Source of the DNA: Kondoa subrosea
Taxonomy: Eukaryota
Assembly: GCA_039545335.1 (NCBI GenBank)
Contig: BCIN01000006.1
Span: forward strand, 868,001 to 932,000
Direction of reading: 5' to 3'
DNA length: 64,000 nt
Of the stretch, positions 1 through 12,817 are shown piece by piece. Position numbers and translations under genes: made by a program. The notes beneath the pieces are model-generated. The model worked only from the letters and a program-made list of their open reading frames with translations, was not told the DNA's origin and did not search any database. The stretch's first letter is position 1, and each line of letters starts with the position of its first letter.

Positions 1-188
1 AAAGCTTTGATAAATGGCTTTAGTCAGGGGAATGGGTAAAAAAGGGACAGGCAAAAATGAAATCATTACATAAATAGGATATATGACGCGGCTTCAAAAC
101 TGATAGAGCAGCAAGGAAATCGACGAGAGGTATCGGGGAGATTGAGACTATTTGATACATTGTTTGGTGTGGCCTTGTCGCTTTTTGA

Positions 189-799
189 TCAGGCGCCTTT
201 CTGTCCAGGCGCCGGATTCCCGCCAGAAGAGCCTCTATTGGGACCAGAGCTTTTGCGAGTGTTCTTGTCTGTTGCTCCGCTAGGTACATCTTGCCTTGCC
301 CCGTCCGAAATGGTAGATTTTGAGTTGGCAGCGGAGGGTGCTGGAAGAGCAGCTCAGAATGACACAATCAGAAGATTAACGAGAATTACTTGAAGTGCCC
401 ATATCCTCGCCAGTCTGTCCATGATGATCAGCAAGGATCACAGCGAAAACAAGCTGAAATAAGCAGCACACCTCTTTCTCTATCTGCTTGGAAGCTGTTT
501 CTGGATTTGTATCCTTGTTGTATGCTGCGTCGCTGTTTGCTACCTGGTCTGTATCGGCCTGCAGTTGCGGCAATTCTTAGCTCAACTTCGATAGCTTGCG
601 GCCGATAGTCTCATGCGACTCACTCCAGATGCATACTCAGATCCACCTGAATGTTGTCGTAGATCAGTAAGCAGCAGGTATGACAAAGGTGAACCTTACC
701 ACCAGGGAATGGTGCTTTCGACAAAGGTGCAGCTGATCGACTGAATTGGCGAGAGTAGAGCGCAGGAGAGCGGACTTGATTGCGTAGAGCTGCTAGCAT
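189..799 (-). CDS. Small hydrophilic protein (~110 aa, 4-5 exons) with a mitochondrial-presequence-like N-terminus; function unknown
   Basis: Hand-spliced: MLAALRNQVRSPALYSRQFSRSAAPLSKAPFPG/GSEYASG/ADTDQVANSDAAYNKDTNPETASKQIEKE/TGEDMGTS/TPSAANSKS...PGQKGA*. Introns are GT-AG. The N-terminus is Arg/Ser/Ala-rich with no acidic residues. Confidence 0.6.
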
Positions 800-892
800 G
801 TTGAATAGGACGAAGTCAACTCTGTGCAAGGAGACGATGACTGTCTGAGGAAGAGAAGACCATCGATTTGCCATTTTACATTTACTATGCAT

Positions 893-3526
893 TTAAGTCT
901 CCTGCTTCGACTCCATCACCACGTCTACAGCTTCCGCACTCTCTACAGGTGCTGCAGAAACAGGTACAGCCATTTCTTCGTCGTCTTTCTTGGCCGACGT
1001 TTCTTCATCTTTCTTGATCTCTTGATCGTTCTTCGCCAGATTTTCTTCTTCGTTTTTAGCCAGCATATCTCTGGTCAGACTCTTCTGGTGATCGCTACCA
1101 GTCTCGGCTTTCAAAATCTCCCTCAGAGCCATAGTAGCATAAGTACTTGATCCAAGAGTCAAATCAAGCTGTAAAGCCAAATGTTGACCATCTGCTGGAG
1201 GTTCTGGCAGAGTTCGGTTGAAAAGACGATCTTCGTCTGTTGCTGCCAGTGGGAAATTAGGATCGTCGTAGCGTAGAAGCTTGTAAGTCATGTTGGCAGG
1301 TTTATGCATAATTCTTCGATATGTTCCGGCCATGGAGAATTCACTATCAAGCAACAGAGTCATGGATGTCAAGGAAAAGAGTATAGAGATGCGTACGATT
1401 GCTCCCGCCAGAGATTATCTGGATCTACACCATCTGCTAGCATCAAGTCTCGATAAAGCTTGCCTAATTCTCCATCAGGGTATTTGACAATGAAACCAGG
1501 CACAGGCATGAGAACATCAAAGACAGTATAGTTTGGCAAGTCGGCTTCAGTGAGAGTATGAACAGCAGGTAACTTTGATGATTTTTTCAGCTTGTCGATC
1601 GCACTGAGTTCGACCTCCTCTTCTTCTTCATCTGCTCCTTCTACAGCTACTTCTTCAGCCACTTCAGTGGAAGGCTCCGATTCTGATGCTTCCTTGTCGA
1701 CTAGCACTACATCGCCAACAATCGGAGTTTTGCAACCAAAGAGTTCTATGCGTTTCGAAACGACCGTGTTCCAGAGCCAAGATTGATAGCCATGTATATA
1801 CAGCATCTTGAGGTTCTTTGGTATCTGTTCCATTATGTTCACAACTTATCAACAATAATGCTGAGACGTTGCGACATGACGAACCGATCTCAAAGCTCCC
1901 AGATAATCATAGGCGCCATCTTTGCTTTGTTTGCTCAGACTTTCGAGTACTGTCATTCAAAGTCGCACAAAGCATTAGCGGAAGGCTGAACTTGAGTGCT
2001 CTTGAACTAACTGCATCTTTCCGAGACATTTCCCTTAGGCAGCACTTTCAGTGCGCCAGCAGGATCTTTCTCTTCTCTCCATATCCGTCTTGCCTCCCTT
2101 ACCATGCGATGTTCGCCTTCTCGATCCGCTAGAAGAGTGTTGCAGGCAGTTTCCCATTCTCCGCGTAAGAGCAATAGACCGATAAGATGTGTCGGTATTT
2201 GAGATGTACCAAAACGTTGCATTCCGTAGTAGTTGATGAATCCGTGTTCTTTTACAGTGTTGACTGCTCGATCGATAGTTTCTGTCGAATCAGCTATCAC
2301 ATCTCTTTGCGCACGTCAGCCTAGCGGCATGAGATATAGAAAGAACTTTACCTCAGAGTGATCACAAAGCGATTTCCTTGTAATAGACCCAACTTGAGGG
2401 GTTCATCCTGATACTCGTAATCTCCGATATGGAAACCCAAACTTTCACCTCCTCCTGAATCTTTTCCTCCTCTTCCGCCCCTCCCACCTCTGCCTCTCCC
2501 TCTATCACCTCTTCCTCTTCCTCCTCTGTTGCCTCTTCCGCCTCGGCCACTTCCACCACCGGAATTAGCTCTATCCATACATTTCCAAATATCTTCTAGA
2601 GTTCGCCAACCTCTTCTCACACTCACACTTTGAGCCGTCACAGCTCTTTTATCTTTGGTACCAGCTACAGCTAATTCTTTGACACTCATGTTAAGGACTT
2701 CGGCTAAACTTTGTAAAGCTTCATGAGTTTCTCTGTTACATTTGCTGAGAGTGAAATGAATGTATGGAGGTTGATTTCCTTTTGGTTTAGAAACTTTCCA
2801 ATGATCTCGAGATTTTGATGTTGTCCAAGCTATATCGATGGATGAATCTGAATCCTTCATTGATGTGGAAAAAGCAGAGTTGAAAACTGCTCGAACAAGT
2901 TTATGAATTGAAGTACGTGATTCTTTAGATTCGATTGGCTGAGAAAGAAAAGGGTCAGCAAGGTCAATCTAGATGTTAAATTGAATGGGCGAACGAGAGT
3001 TTGCATCGTTACTGGCGGTGTGTCTTTGGCTGTTCGACCTGGTTTTCCAGCAGCATGAAAGTTTTTGAGCTCAGTAAACTTCTCTTCGCCCAAAAGACCC
3101 AATAATTGTATAGCGTCAGGCGTAGTGACATCCTGATACCCAGTTTAACATTAGAATCACTCATAACTGAGAACTCGATAAACACACAAGCTGACCATCA
3201 GATGCAAGAGAGCTAGGTGCAGGCTTTTCTCTCGCTGGCTCGTCGACTTCTTCTCTCGGTGGTCGAGAAATGCTTTTCAGTTCAATCACTTTGCCAGCTT
3301 TCGACACTTCATAAACCAAAAAATCCGTGAAGCGATGTTTAATGATAGCAGAGAAAGCTGGAACAGCAGCATCAACGTATTGAGAAATTCCAGCTAAAGG
3401 TTCAGTGAGACGAGGTCCAGTCAAGGAATCGATCAAGCAAGGGTATCGAGCTTTCAGATCAGCTATAGTATCCACAGGCTGAGTATCCTCCTCTAGCCTC
3501 GCACGTTTGGCTGGCGGACTCGACAT
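893..3526 (-). CDS. PUS7: Multisubstrate pseudouridine synthase 7 (TruD family), multi-exon
   Basis: Motifs FSAIIKHRFTDFLVYEV, AGTKDKRAVTAQ (catalytic Asp), LKLGLLQGNRFVITLR, GFINYYGMQRFG, YIHGYQSWLWN, GTYRRI and LGSSTYATMALREI occur in order in successive exons. Confidence 0.93.
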
Positions 3527-3619
3527 GCTTGCTGCAAAAAGAAAATATTGGCATTCTTGAGGTTACTGCCGAACAATGGCTTCTTAGGCAGACAGTACCA
3601 TACAGACGGAAGAAAGGAG

Positions 3620-5170
3620 ATGCTCACATACAGCGACTACTACAATGCTCAGCTGCAGCGGCTGCGAGATGGTGAAGACACTGCTATGAGCGATACCTCT
3701 GTGGAACCTGCCAACAACCCCTTGTCTGATCCTGCTTCTGTTCCTTCATATGCATCCAATGTCGGTTTCTCGTCTTCCAGCTCGCCGCAGGTATATGAAT
3801 CGATTCCATCGAGAGAAGAATTGTCTCGTGCTCTCGCTAGCGAAATGGAAGCTGCTGCTGCATCTCACCAACATCCTCTCGCTTCATTATCTGAAGAGAC
3901 TATAATCTTGACGCTAGATACAAATGTCTGCTGCTTGATACAATCCGAAATCAAAGTATGGCTGACCTTACCCCTATGACAGATCATTTTGTCATATCTA
4001 CCTCTCCTGCAGATCTTATTTGACAAATGCTCAGCTCTATCCAATAGTCTTCTCGTCTTCCTGGTCCCATTAATTGTAGTGCGAGAATTGAATGGGCTCA
4101 AATTGTCAGAAGCGCAAACGAAGCACAATGGAAAGTCGGTTCCAATAGCAAAATTGGCCCAGCAAGCCAATAGATTTGTACTCAAAGCGCTAGAAGATCG
4201 GCCCAATGTGTGTAGAGCGCAAAGAAAAGGCGAGACGCCCGCTAGTCTGGGCCATGCAACTTCCGTAAGCAATGTCGCGTTGCATATCTTGCCTTTCTCT
4301 TATCTCCAATCGAAGAACGATGATCTGGTACTTGACGCAGCTTTGTATTGGTCTTTGCAACGTCCTTCAATGTGTGGATTGGTTACAAACGATAACAACC
4401 TTCGACTCTTGGCTCTAGCTCATGGCTTACCAGCTATATCGGTCAAACATGGAATGGATGCTGCAGCTTTCGTCTCTCAAATCAATCCCTCTTTTGTCTT
4501 ACAACTCGGTCTAGCTTCGAGCAATTTCTCGAGCATTCTGCCTTCCCCAATAGCCTATCCAGATACCATGACAGTAGATGACGAAGATATTCCTATACCT
4601 AGCATACCACAACAATCTTCTAATTCAGCATATCAACTCCACTCATCGACATCGTTCCCATTTCTGCATTCTATATCCGCTACTCTACGAAACATTTTAC
4701 CTCATACAATATATACACAACTTATTGAAGCGACAGACGAGTTTACAGCTGACCATCTTCTTCGTTCTTACCCTTCTGTCGAACAATGGTCTACTTCCCT
4801 CTCTTTTGAAATCCTATCAATCAACTTCAACTCTCTTTCGCCTTTATGGGAAGAACCGACATCCTCTTCTGAACTAGGATCAGCTAGCAGTCGTTGGTCA
4901 TCACCTAAGCAAAGTGCAACTAACAATATTCGAATGGTACAAAACTCAATCAAGGATCTAGCCATTGCTTTTGGATCAAGGAAAAGTCAAGGCAAGAGTT
5001 CGTATACTTTGAAACAAGTGAAAGACTGGGATCGAGCTAGTTGGATGGCTTTCGTTTATGATTTGGAAGTAGTGCTTTGCAACGGAAGACTGCTTGAGGA
5101 AGAGGAGAGACGGGTTGTGGATGGCTTGGTAAAAGAATGGAGGATCATCGTGAAAGGGTATCAGAAGTGA
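3620..5170 (+). CDS. PIN-domain (Swt1-like) putative RNA endonuclease
   Basis: LDTN / VPLIVVRELNGLK / AQQANRFV / KNDDLVLDAA / LVTNDNNLRLLA is the PIN acidic-residue pattern. One intron at about 3926-3982 joins DTN to IILSYL. Confidence 0.78.
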
Positions 5171-5477
5171 AGAAGAGCTGTACCTGGTACATTGGACAGC
5201 AGGTGAGTCCTTTTAAATTTCTGCCCGACTGAGTGTCTTGTATATATATCTATTGTGCTCCAAATTATATTTATAACGAGTTGTAGGTCTATCCTGTTCG
5301 TTTTGATGTATGTAAAATGCGACTTTGTGATTATTAGCTAGCACTATTTCTCGCATACATAGTATATTTCCAATACTTGGACCGAGGCAACGCAAGTTTG
5401 CTCTGATTTTTGTCGGTGTGTTCGACCTAGAATGACCCTTCATGCCAGAAACTTGAGCACACGCAAAGCCTCTTTGC

Positions 5478-6882
5478 CTACTCGATATTCATCTCGTACC
5501 AGATTTCCGAGTTCACTTTCCCATCTTCAATCATGAATACCACCCGGCCAAGTCCCTCGCTAGTAACGGTAATGTCCATAGCACTTCCACCTAGTTTGGC
5601 GAATTCCTCCATCCGTCTTTCCATGATCATTTTGATGAGATCCAGAGATTCCGCTTCTACATAAGAGCCACCCCTTGACATCTTGAATTGAAGTCGAAGG
5701 AGCTTCAGACGAGTTCGACTTGCCATTTTTAGGATTGGTGGTGCGATTAGGTCGATCTGAGTTCCGATGTTTGCTGGATACCAAGGAGCATGGAAGGTGA
5801 AGATTTGTAGAGCCGGACAAGCGGACGGTAGGATTGGGGGTTCATTGCGGATGCTGGAGTCTGCATTGCGGGGTATTATCGTTAAGGTTTTCAACTGGAT
5901 CAATAATTGCAGGAACGCAGTCCAGCTCGGTGATGAGAAACGTTCGTCTGATGTAGCAGCCATAGAATGACAGAGAGTAAGATGTTGAAGGCTCTTCATC
6001 GTACCGCATGTCGATTGAAGTAGATGTGCTTCCATGATACCACCTTGCAGGGAAAGATGCGTAAGGTTGACGCATTGTCGTAACATAGTCCCATTGATAG
6101 GCCAGATTTCGGCGTTTTGCCTCGCGATCTGATTTATTTTGAGTGAAGTAATAGAAGGCAGGACAGATTCGAGAGATCGAGATACAGCATGAAGAACAGT
6201 AAGGTGACAAGTACTGACAGTTGGTATGATGACTTCAAGTAACTGCCTGAAAGCATAATAATCGTTCCGAAACTGCACTTCTCCAGCTAGTTGATAATCG
6301 ATTACGCTCAAATACTTCAATTTCATCTTGGCGATATTTCGAGTGATAGCAAACCAATGGGACTCCGATGGAGCAGAAAGCTGAGAACAAGACGCGGATT
6401 GGATGAGAGTACCGACAATACGTAAGCTCTTCAAGCCCGAACAGAGGGAAAAGCCCGTCATCGCCTGTCTCGATCGATCTTCTGCACTTGCAGTGCGGGC
6501 GCCATTCTCGTCAAAAGGATACCAGCTAAGGATCGTCAGCTGGGAAGTTCAGCCGGCTACGCTACGCACTCGACGCAGGTGACGCATAATCCGAGAGAAG
6601 GCTTTGCGCATAGTGTTTGCAGAGCTCCGCGACCATCTGCAGACGCAGAGCCAAACGGGACTTTCCTGTAGAGTATCGGAACGAAAGCTTCATCTATCAA
6701 TAACAGATCAATATCGAGCTTAGGATCACAGCAAGCGGCGCACAGAAGGTTTTAGATACCAGACAAAGCCAGTACAGTTCTCGTCTTGCCAGCCATTGTC
6801 CAATTTCGACCAACACATCGAAAGTGATTGCAACCTTAGCATTCCCAGCTCTGACTTCCTCTGCCTCATTTTGTGCTTGCAT
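5478..6882 (-). CDS. F-box protein with leucine-rich (RNI-like) C-terminus
   Basis: Two short introns give TFDVLVEIGQWLARRELYWLCLVSKTFYEAFVPILYRKV (fungal F-box pattern), then LxxLxL repeats (LKSLRI, LTHLSL, LQHLTL, LKTLTI). Confidence 0.65.
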
Positions 6883-7006
6883 GGTATGACAATCGAGGTA
6901 TCAAAGCTGTGGGATCTATCATGCGACCTGATATGCCTAGCACGTCATGGTTCCAGTGCAAACAAAGTCGAATTCATGAAAGTTGCCCTTGCTCGACGAC
7001 GCTACC

Positions 7007-8698
7007 ATGTCCAGTCAAGCTGAGACGCAGAAGAAGACTAAAGGAAAGAAGCGAAAGCGTGCTGAGACGGAAGCAGAGAGCTCTCAACCTCAGCCAGGAC
7101 CATCATCTTCAAGTTTTCAAGGTGTCAAATTTATAGCAGAAAAGCCAGATGCTCTCTATCCTCCTATCTTTGCTGTTAGTGGAGCTGTAGACCTGCCTAA
7201 CATTGACTACAAATTGGAAGAGAATGAAAAGGGTCAAAAGACACTGGTTGGCGAAACCTCGAAGCACGTCTGGCGCAGCCTGGATCACAGTGTGGACCCG
7301 GACGCTTCACCAGACGCAGAGGATACACCTGCTCCTCAGACTTGCCAGTCAGTCACAGCTTTGTTAGAGATTTGAGCGAGCTTTGATCATGTTCCGAGCA
7401 GATACATGCTAGCAATCTATGACAAGACTACAAAAACAGCTCGCCTAATTCCAGCTCCTCTACACGTCTTCACTTCCACTTCTAAAGCACAACAAGATCT
7501 TCCTCCCATCACAAGCAACGAATCGATGGAAGCAGTCGGTGCCTACAAAAAGACTCGAGATTTGCTAGGAACTACATTCGGGACTAAGAAAGCGCAACGT
7601 AACATCAGAGCAACAGAACGTAACAAAGTGGATGCAAACGATCAAGATCTGGTTCGGTTACAATCTCACTTACAATCCTCTTTACAATCTTCTCTTGCTA
7701 CTTTACCCGCTACTGCAGATGTACAAAGTGCTGCTGCTTCTGCTAAACCTACACCGCCTGTCAATCTCAGTGCTACTACTCCAGCCGAAGCTTACCCTCT
7801 TTCTGCAATTGCGCCTGACGATGAAGTCGGATCCATCAATATTAGCTTCATTCAGTACGAAACCGATATGGGAAATGTCATTGACTATCTATCATTCAAG
7901 ACATCAAGTTTCATCAATGATCGTCTAAGGGAAAACATCACTACTAAGAAAACTGGTCATTTGCAAGTAATCAAGGGTAGCGAGGATTATGTTCGAATGT
8001 TGATCTATTTGGCTATGTTATTGACTTTCCACACGGACAATCGAAGAAAAGATGACATCGATGCAGAGAAACTGGTCAAACGTTTAGGTGGTAGATATAA
8101 CGCAGGATCAGCTACTGGAATCGTTGATGGCTTGTTGGAAAGATTTACCGAAGAGGCTAGATCGAACAAGAGGTATATATATTTCTCTCTCTAGACCTTG
8201 CTAGAAAATAATCGACTCAAATGTCTTGCAGGCAGAAAACACCTTTTACGCAAGCGAAATGTCTGGCTTATATCGCTGCCTTGACTCTGCATCTATCCGA
8301 TTTCTCTGTTGACCTCACTCCGGTAGCCAAAGACCTCAGTATGGATATCAAAGTGTAAGTGCTCTGTTACCGTTTGCAAGCATTGCCTGTCCTCAACTTT
8401 AAACGTTTCAGGCTGCAAGAGACTTGTGCGTTCATATTAAGCTGCAGGTTTTTCCGAGATGCTGATGGCTTTTCTATAGACAAATCACTCGGTTGCACTG
8501 TCAAAGCACCAGATGGCGCAGATCTCGCTCAGCTCACTCAGTCCGGCATGAGTGGTATGGAAGCTCGAGCAAGAAAACGAGCTAAATTAGAGATACCAGT
8601 ATGTTTTCACTGAGAGGTTTCGTTCCGTGTGTTTGATCAATCTTTCCGCCTTTTAGCTTAAATTCCCTGAACCTACTAGGAGAAAAGCTGGACGATAG
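7007..8698 (+). CDS. RPA49: RNA polymerase I subunit A49, multi-exon
   Basis: YMLAIYDK..ARLIPAPL, RDLLGTTFGTKKAQRNIRATERNKVD, PPVNLSATTPAEAYPL, KCLAYIAALTLHL, KSLGC and C-terminal LEIPLKFP; stop TAG at 8696-8698. Confidence 0.88.
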
Positions 8699-8826
8699 TT
8701 TAGCTCTGATTGCAATCTCGCCGCATATTACAACCGAAGCCAGAGGTGTATATAAAGTAGTAGAAGCATAAATGCTATGTTTGCGCTGTGATATCAATCA
8801 CATCTAGATTATTTGATGCAGTCATC

Positions 8827-10117
8827 TCAACATTGCCTCTTGCTAGCAATACTATCTCCCCATTCAGCAATCTTGTCAACTTTCCGCTTCGTGTCTGAAT
8901 CCCAACCCCAATTCTCATCCGTCGCATGTTTAGGAGCAGTATATCTAGCAGCAAAAGCTCTGCGTTTCCGCTCTTGCTTCCATGCTGTAAGACGATAATC
9001 GAGCATCATGTCTGGGTTGGCTTCGAATTCTGCAGCTAGAGCTAGCCGAAGGTTTTCGAAATCTCGTTCAAAGAGATCTGGATTGCCGGGATATTGCATA
9101 GCTTCGAACTGCTCCTCACATTTAGCTGCTTTGATAAAGCGATAGAAAGAAGAACGGACATAGCGAGTATGACCTTGATTCAAGCTACGACAGACTTCTT
9201 GCACGTAAAGCGTATTGGTGATATCTGGCTGTATATGCCCCATCACTCGATAGCTTTGGGTAATACCAGCTGAGCTTGAGCTGCACTGCAAAAGCGGATG
9301 TAGAGCTTACTTGAGCGTAGCGATTCTAGTCAGAAGCTGAAAATAGCGCGAAAGGACTGGCCCAAGTTCATGGTAGCGGAAAGTAGCTAGATCATTCTTG
9401 TCCAATGTTGGGTCATCGTAAAGATATTGAAGAGCCAGCAAGCCGGAATCTCGACTGTTCATGCACTTTCTAAATCGCTGACAAAGAAGGATGGAATAGT
9501 AACTGACACGCCATCATGATTTCCTCTGTGACGAATAATTTTGTAACCGCAATTATAGATGTCTGGCAAAGTTATCTTTGAGCGATTTGGTTCGAAGAGG
9601 AGTAGCTGAAATTCGCCGATGGTGAAGTCCGCTGTTTGAAGGAGAAAGTCATTCTTGTAAGATGGACTACAGAGTATCCATCAGCATATGACACACAAGG
9701 TCTGAAGCAGAAAATGGCATACTTGCTTTGAATACCCCAATCTATCAAAACTTTAAACCACCTCCAGTCCATGCAGACTGATCCCTTTGCCCACTCTCTC
9801 GATTGAACAGGACGATCAGAGATGAGTTGACGCCAGCTGAGTGTATATGGTGAGAATGCAGAAGGCGGAATTGGGAACATCAAGTCGTCAATGTAAAGAT
9901 CACCGACATCCGGCGAAGGCATTTTGATTGTTAGACCAGACTTGATGAGACGCTCCAAAGTCTTGTTCGCTCGCATGACTTTCATATCGCCTGAATATTC
10001 ATGAGACAAAATCCGGGTACCGCAGCTAAGTGAACACACAATCACGCGATTTGGTCTTGGTAGGCAAATGTTTCGGTCCATTTGTGCAGGGAGCATCATT
10101 TGACAGGGCGACATGCA
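8827..10117 (-). CDS. Hypothetical multi-exon protein (start not resolved)
   Basis: Several open, protein-like segments (YSGDMKVMRANKTLERLIKSG...; NDFLLQTADFTIGEF...; GLLALQYLYDDPTLD...; FYRFIKAAKCEEQFEAM...) are separated by intron-like stretches. No family recognised. Confidence 0.4.
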
Positions 10118-10454
10118 TCTATGCCTTGAATAAACGAACAACAGAACTTCCAAGCAAAACAAAAGTGCGCGCGAAAAGCAACGACAGGAACGCAAGCTCC
10201 AGGCTTGCTCGATCTATGGTATCGTACCTGAATGAAAGGGTATGCTCTAGTCTGATCAAGCCCAACTTGTTGTTGAATTTTCTTGTGCTCGTGCCGTCAT
10301 ACCTGTCGCGCATCTGTAGTGCTTCTAATTGACCCATGTATCCTCTGCTTCTGGTTTAAAAGCAGACCGTAACGCGTTCTTCTTCCTCGAGTATACACGC
10401 TTGTTGCTCTTGACAGCGACTCCAAACCCTGGATTCCCTGCATTATTGTATACC

Positions 10455-11258
10455 ATGCCTGACACTCCAATTGGTCTCCCTCGCACATCCTCTGAGCAGA
10501 TTGTCTTTGCTCACCTGCTTCGATTGATTATAATTTCGAATCAACAATCCAGCGCTCGACTGGCTCATTCTACAACTCTAGCCCGACTCAAAGAATTACA
10601 CGAACAGCAACAAGCTTTCATTCTCATTGCAAACCAACCAGCTCAACAACTTACTTTACTTCAGAATACAGAAAGTGCTGCGGTTGAAGCGGAAACTGAT
10701 GCATGGTTGAATGAAACGGAAATCAAAACTCAAGCTATGGTGGATGAAATGCTTAGAGTAGCTGAAGAGTATGCTGAGCAGCGTACGGAGTTGAGAGACG
10801 CTATAGAGAAAGAAAGGGCAAGGGCTGTAAATGAATCTTCGACAAACGGAACGGAAGAGGCTCAGGAAGTATTCAGAACATTGATGCGCGGTCTTGTGGA
10901 TGAGAATAGCAGATTCATTCAACAGCTCAAAGATGATTGCGAGGCGCAAGTGAACTCTGAAATGTCAAGGACGAGAGCATTGGTCAATGCTGCTACTCGA
11001 CGCTTCTCGGATACTATTATGGCCGCTGTGGAAAGGACAAGGGCAGCCATTGCAGCAAACGATAAACAGTGGAATGAAATGACAGAAGAAGCGAAGTCAT
11101 GTCAGGACACGCTGCGGCAAGCTAGAGGAGCGTACTTTAAGCTGGACAGTGAATGTGAGTCGACCAACCGATGCGAGCGAGATGTCAGCTGACTCATTGT
11201 AGTGAGAGAGCTGATTATACTCAATCTGGCTTTCCGCAAAGAGCAGACGTTATATTAA
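10455..11258 (+). CDS. Hypothetical alpha-helical/coiled-coil protein
   Basis: Long E/A/R/Q-rich ORF from ATG 10455. An intron GTGAGT...CTGAC..TAG near 11156-11202 leads to a terminal exon LRELIILNLAFRKEQTLY*. Confidence 0.6.
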
Positions 11259-11559
11259 GAGATCTTGATATCTTGAGACGTACTAAACGCTAGGACTTTG
11301 AAAGGCGGCGCTACTGACCACGCGTATTGACTGTGTTTTTGGCCAGAGCGAACTAAGGATCATGAGGCAATACACCCATGTCAAAAGAGCGCTCGCTCTA
11401 TTGTGCCGATCTCTTTGCTCCTCTACATCCCTCTTTCCTAAACCAATCTTTCATTCATTGCTATTTCTACTTCTCCTTTTTGGGATTCGGCTTCCCTTTG
11501 TCATCAAATCTAGCTCATCTTCAATTTTCTTACCCTCCCTTCTCATAATCCCATCTGCC

Positions 11560-12566
11560 ATGTCTGCCGAAGCAAGCAAAGTCATTCGACGGGAAGAAGC
11601 AATCGACGGGAAGAAGCAAAACGAAACGACCTCAAAGCCGAACGATCTTATCTTGAATTGGGCTTAGCCAAAGCGCGAGAGCATTTCGATGCTCATTTGC
11701 AAGTCAACCCTGAAGTCGTAGCTCGAGGTGATCATGGACAACTATATGCTGCTCAGTCTACCAGACTGCCATCAAAGATTCTCTTTTTCAAAATCACGAA
11801 AACCGGAATTAACAGGCAAGAGTTTCTAGCTCAAAGACGAGCTGTTGGCATTCTCTCGACTCATCCAGAAGGTCATCTGTATGCTCTCATCCCGAATGCA
11901 TATTGGGGATCGCTCCTTGCGAATCTCATGAAAGAGGAGAAGATCAGCGCCCTTCTATTGGATCGAATGCCTGCAATCGTAAGTACCGTTCAATACGTGA
12001 TCTTTCGAATGCCGCTAAGCTGCTTGGTCAGACTATCCACGATGCAATGCAGAAGACTTTAGCCGAGGATTCACGTAGTCTGCATCTACAAGAAGGCTCT
12101 CTGAAAGCTAGACGCTTCAACTTCATCATGGACCTTGGTCATGCTTTACAGCAATTGCATCTTCGAGGACTGGCGCACAATGATCTATCATCCTCCAATG
12201 TCATGATTCAGCTGAGATCATCTACGTCTTCAGCAGTTGTACCAGTCATGATTGATTTGGGCTCAAGTGTTGACGATGCCAGTGCTAATACGGTAGCATT
12301 CAAAGAGGCAGAGAAGCAGGATGCCGATGGTTTTCGAAGGATCGTGTGAGTTTTGCTGCCCGATACAACGCATGAAAGCTTCTGACCTTGCGGAAATGGG
12401 CAGTGGTATTGTCTTGGCGCGTGATTTACCTGCTCTCGAACAGTCGCTACGCAACGCCTGGAGTCAACGCCTTACGCTCGACGCCTGTTTGAACCTTTTG
12501 CGAGCATGTCAAGCGGAGAACCAGGCATACATCACACATATGCAGATGCATGTGCGAACTGGATAG
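11560..12566 (+). pseudogene. Atypical protein-kinase-like gene, frameshifted near its 5' end
   Basis: Gly-loop-like VVARGDHGQLY, beta3 Lys (LFFKI), catalytic loop HNDLSSSNVM and DFG-like IDLGSS, with two canonical introns. A 17-nt tandem duplication puts ATG 11560 out of frame. Confidence 0.65.
11586..11619. repeat. Perfect 17-nt tandem duplication (TCGACGGGAAGAAGCAA x2)
   Basis: Read directly at 11586-11602 and 11603-11619. Confidence 0.95.
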
Positions 12567-12817
12567 CACAGAGAATGCATGTCCCAATAAACCGCTTGAC
12601 CAATGTCATATCGCGCGTTTTCCAATAATTCTTTGCTGCAATCTACACACGCTTCTGCAACTTGACTGTGGGACCCTTAGCGAGAATGAGAGACAGGAGT
12701 GGAAGAACGACAGCGTCTGTTTCAAGATGCAGCCAGACGCTTCTTGACACAGCAGAACAAGAGAGAGGAACGAAATGTCGTCTAAAATCGATGCATTGAT
12801 ACATTGGAGCAATTGGG

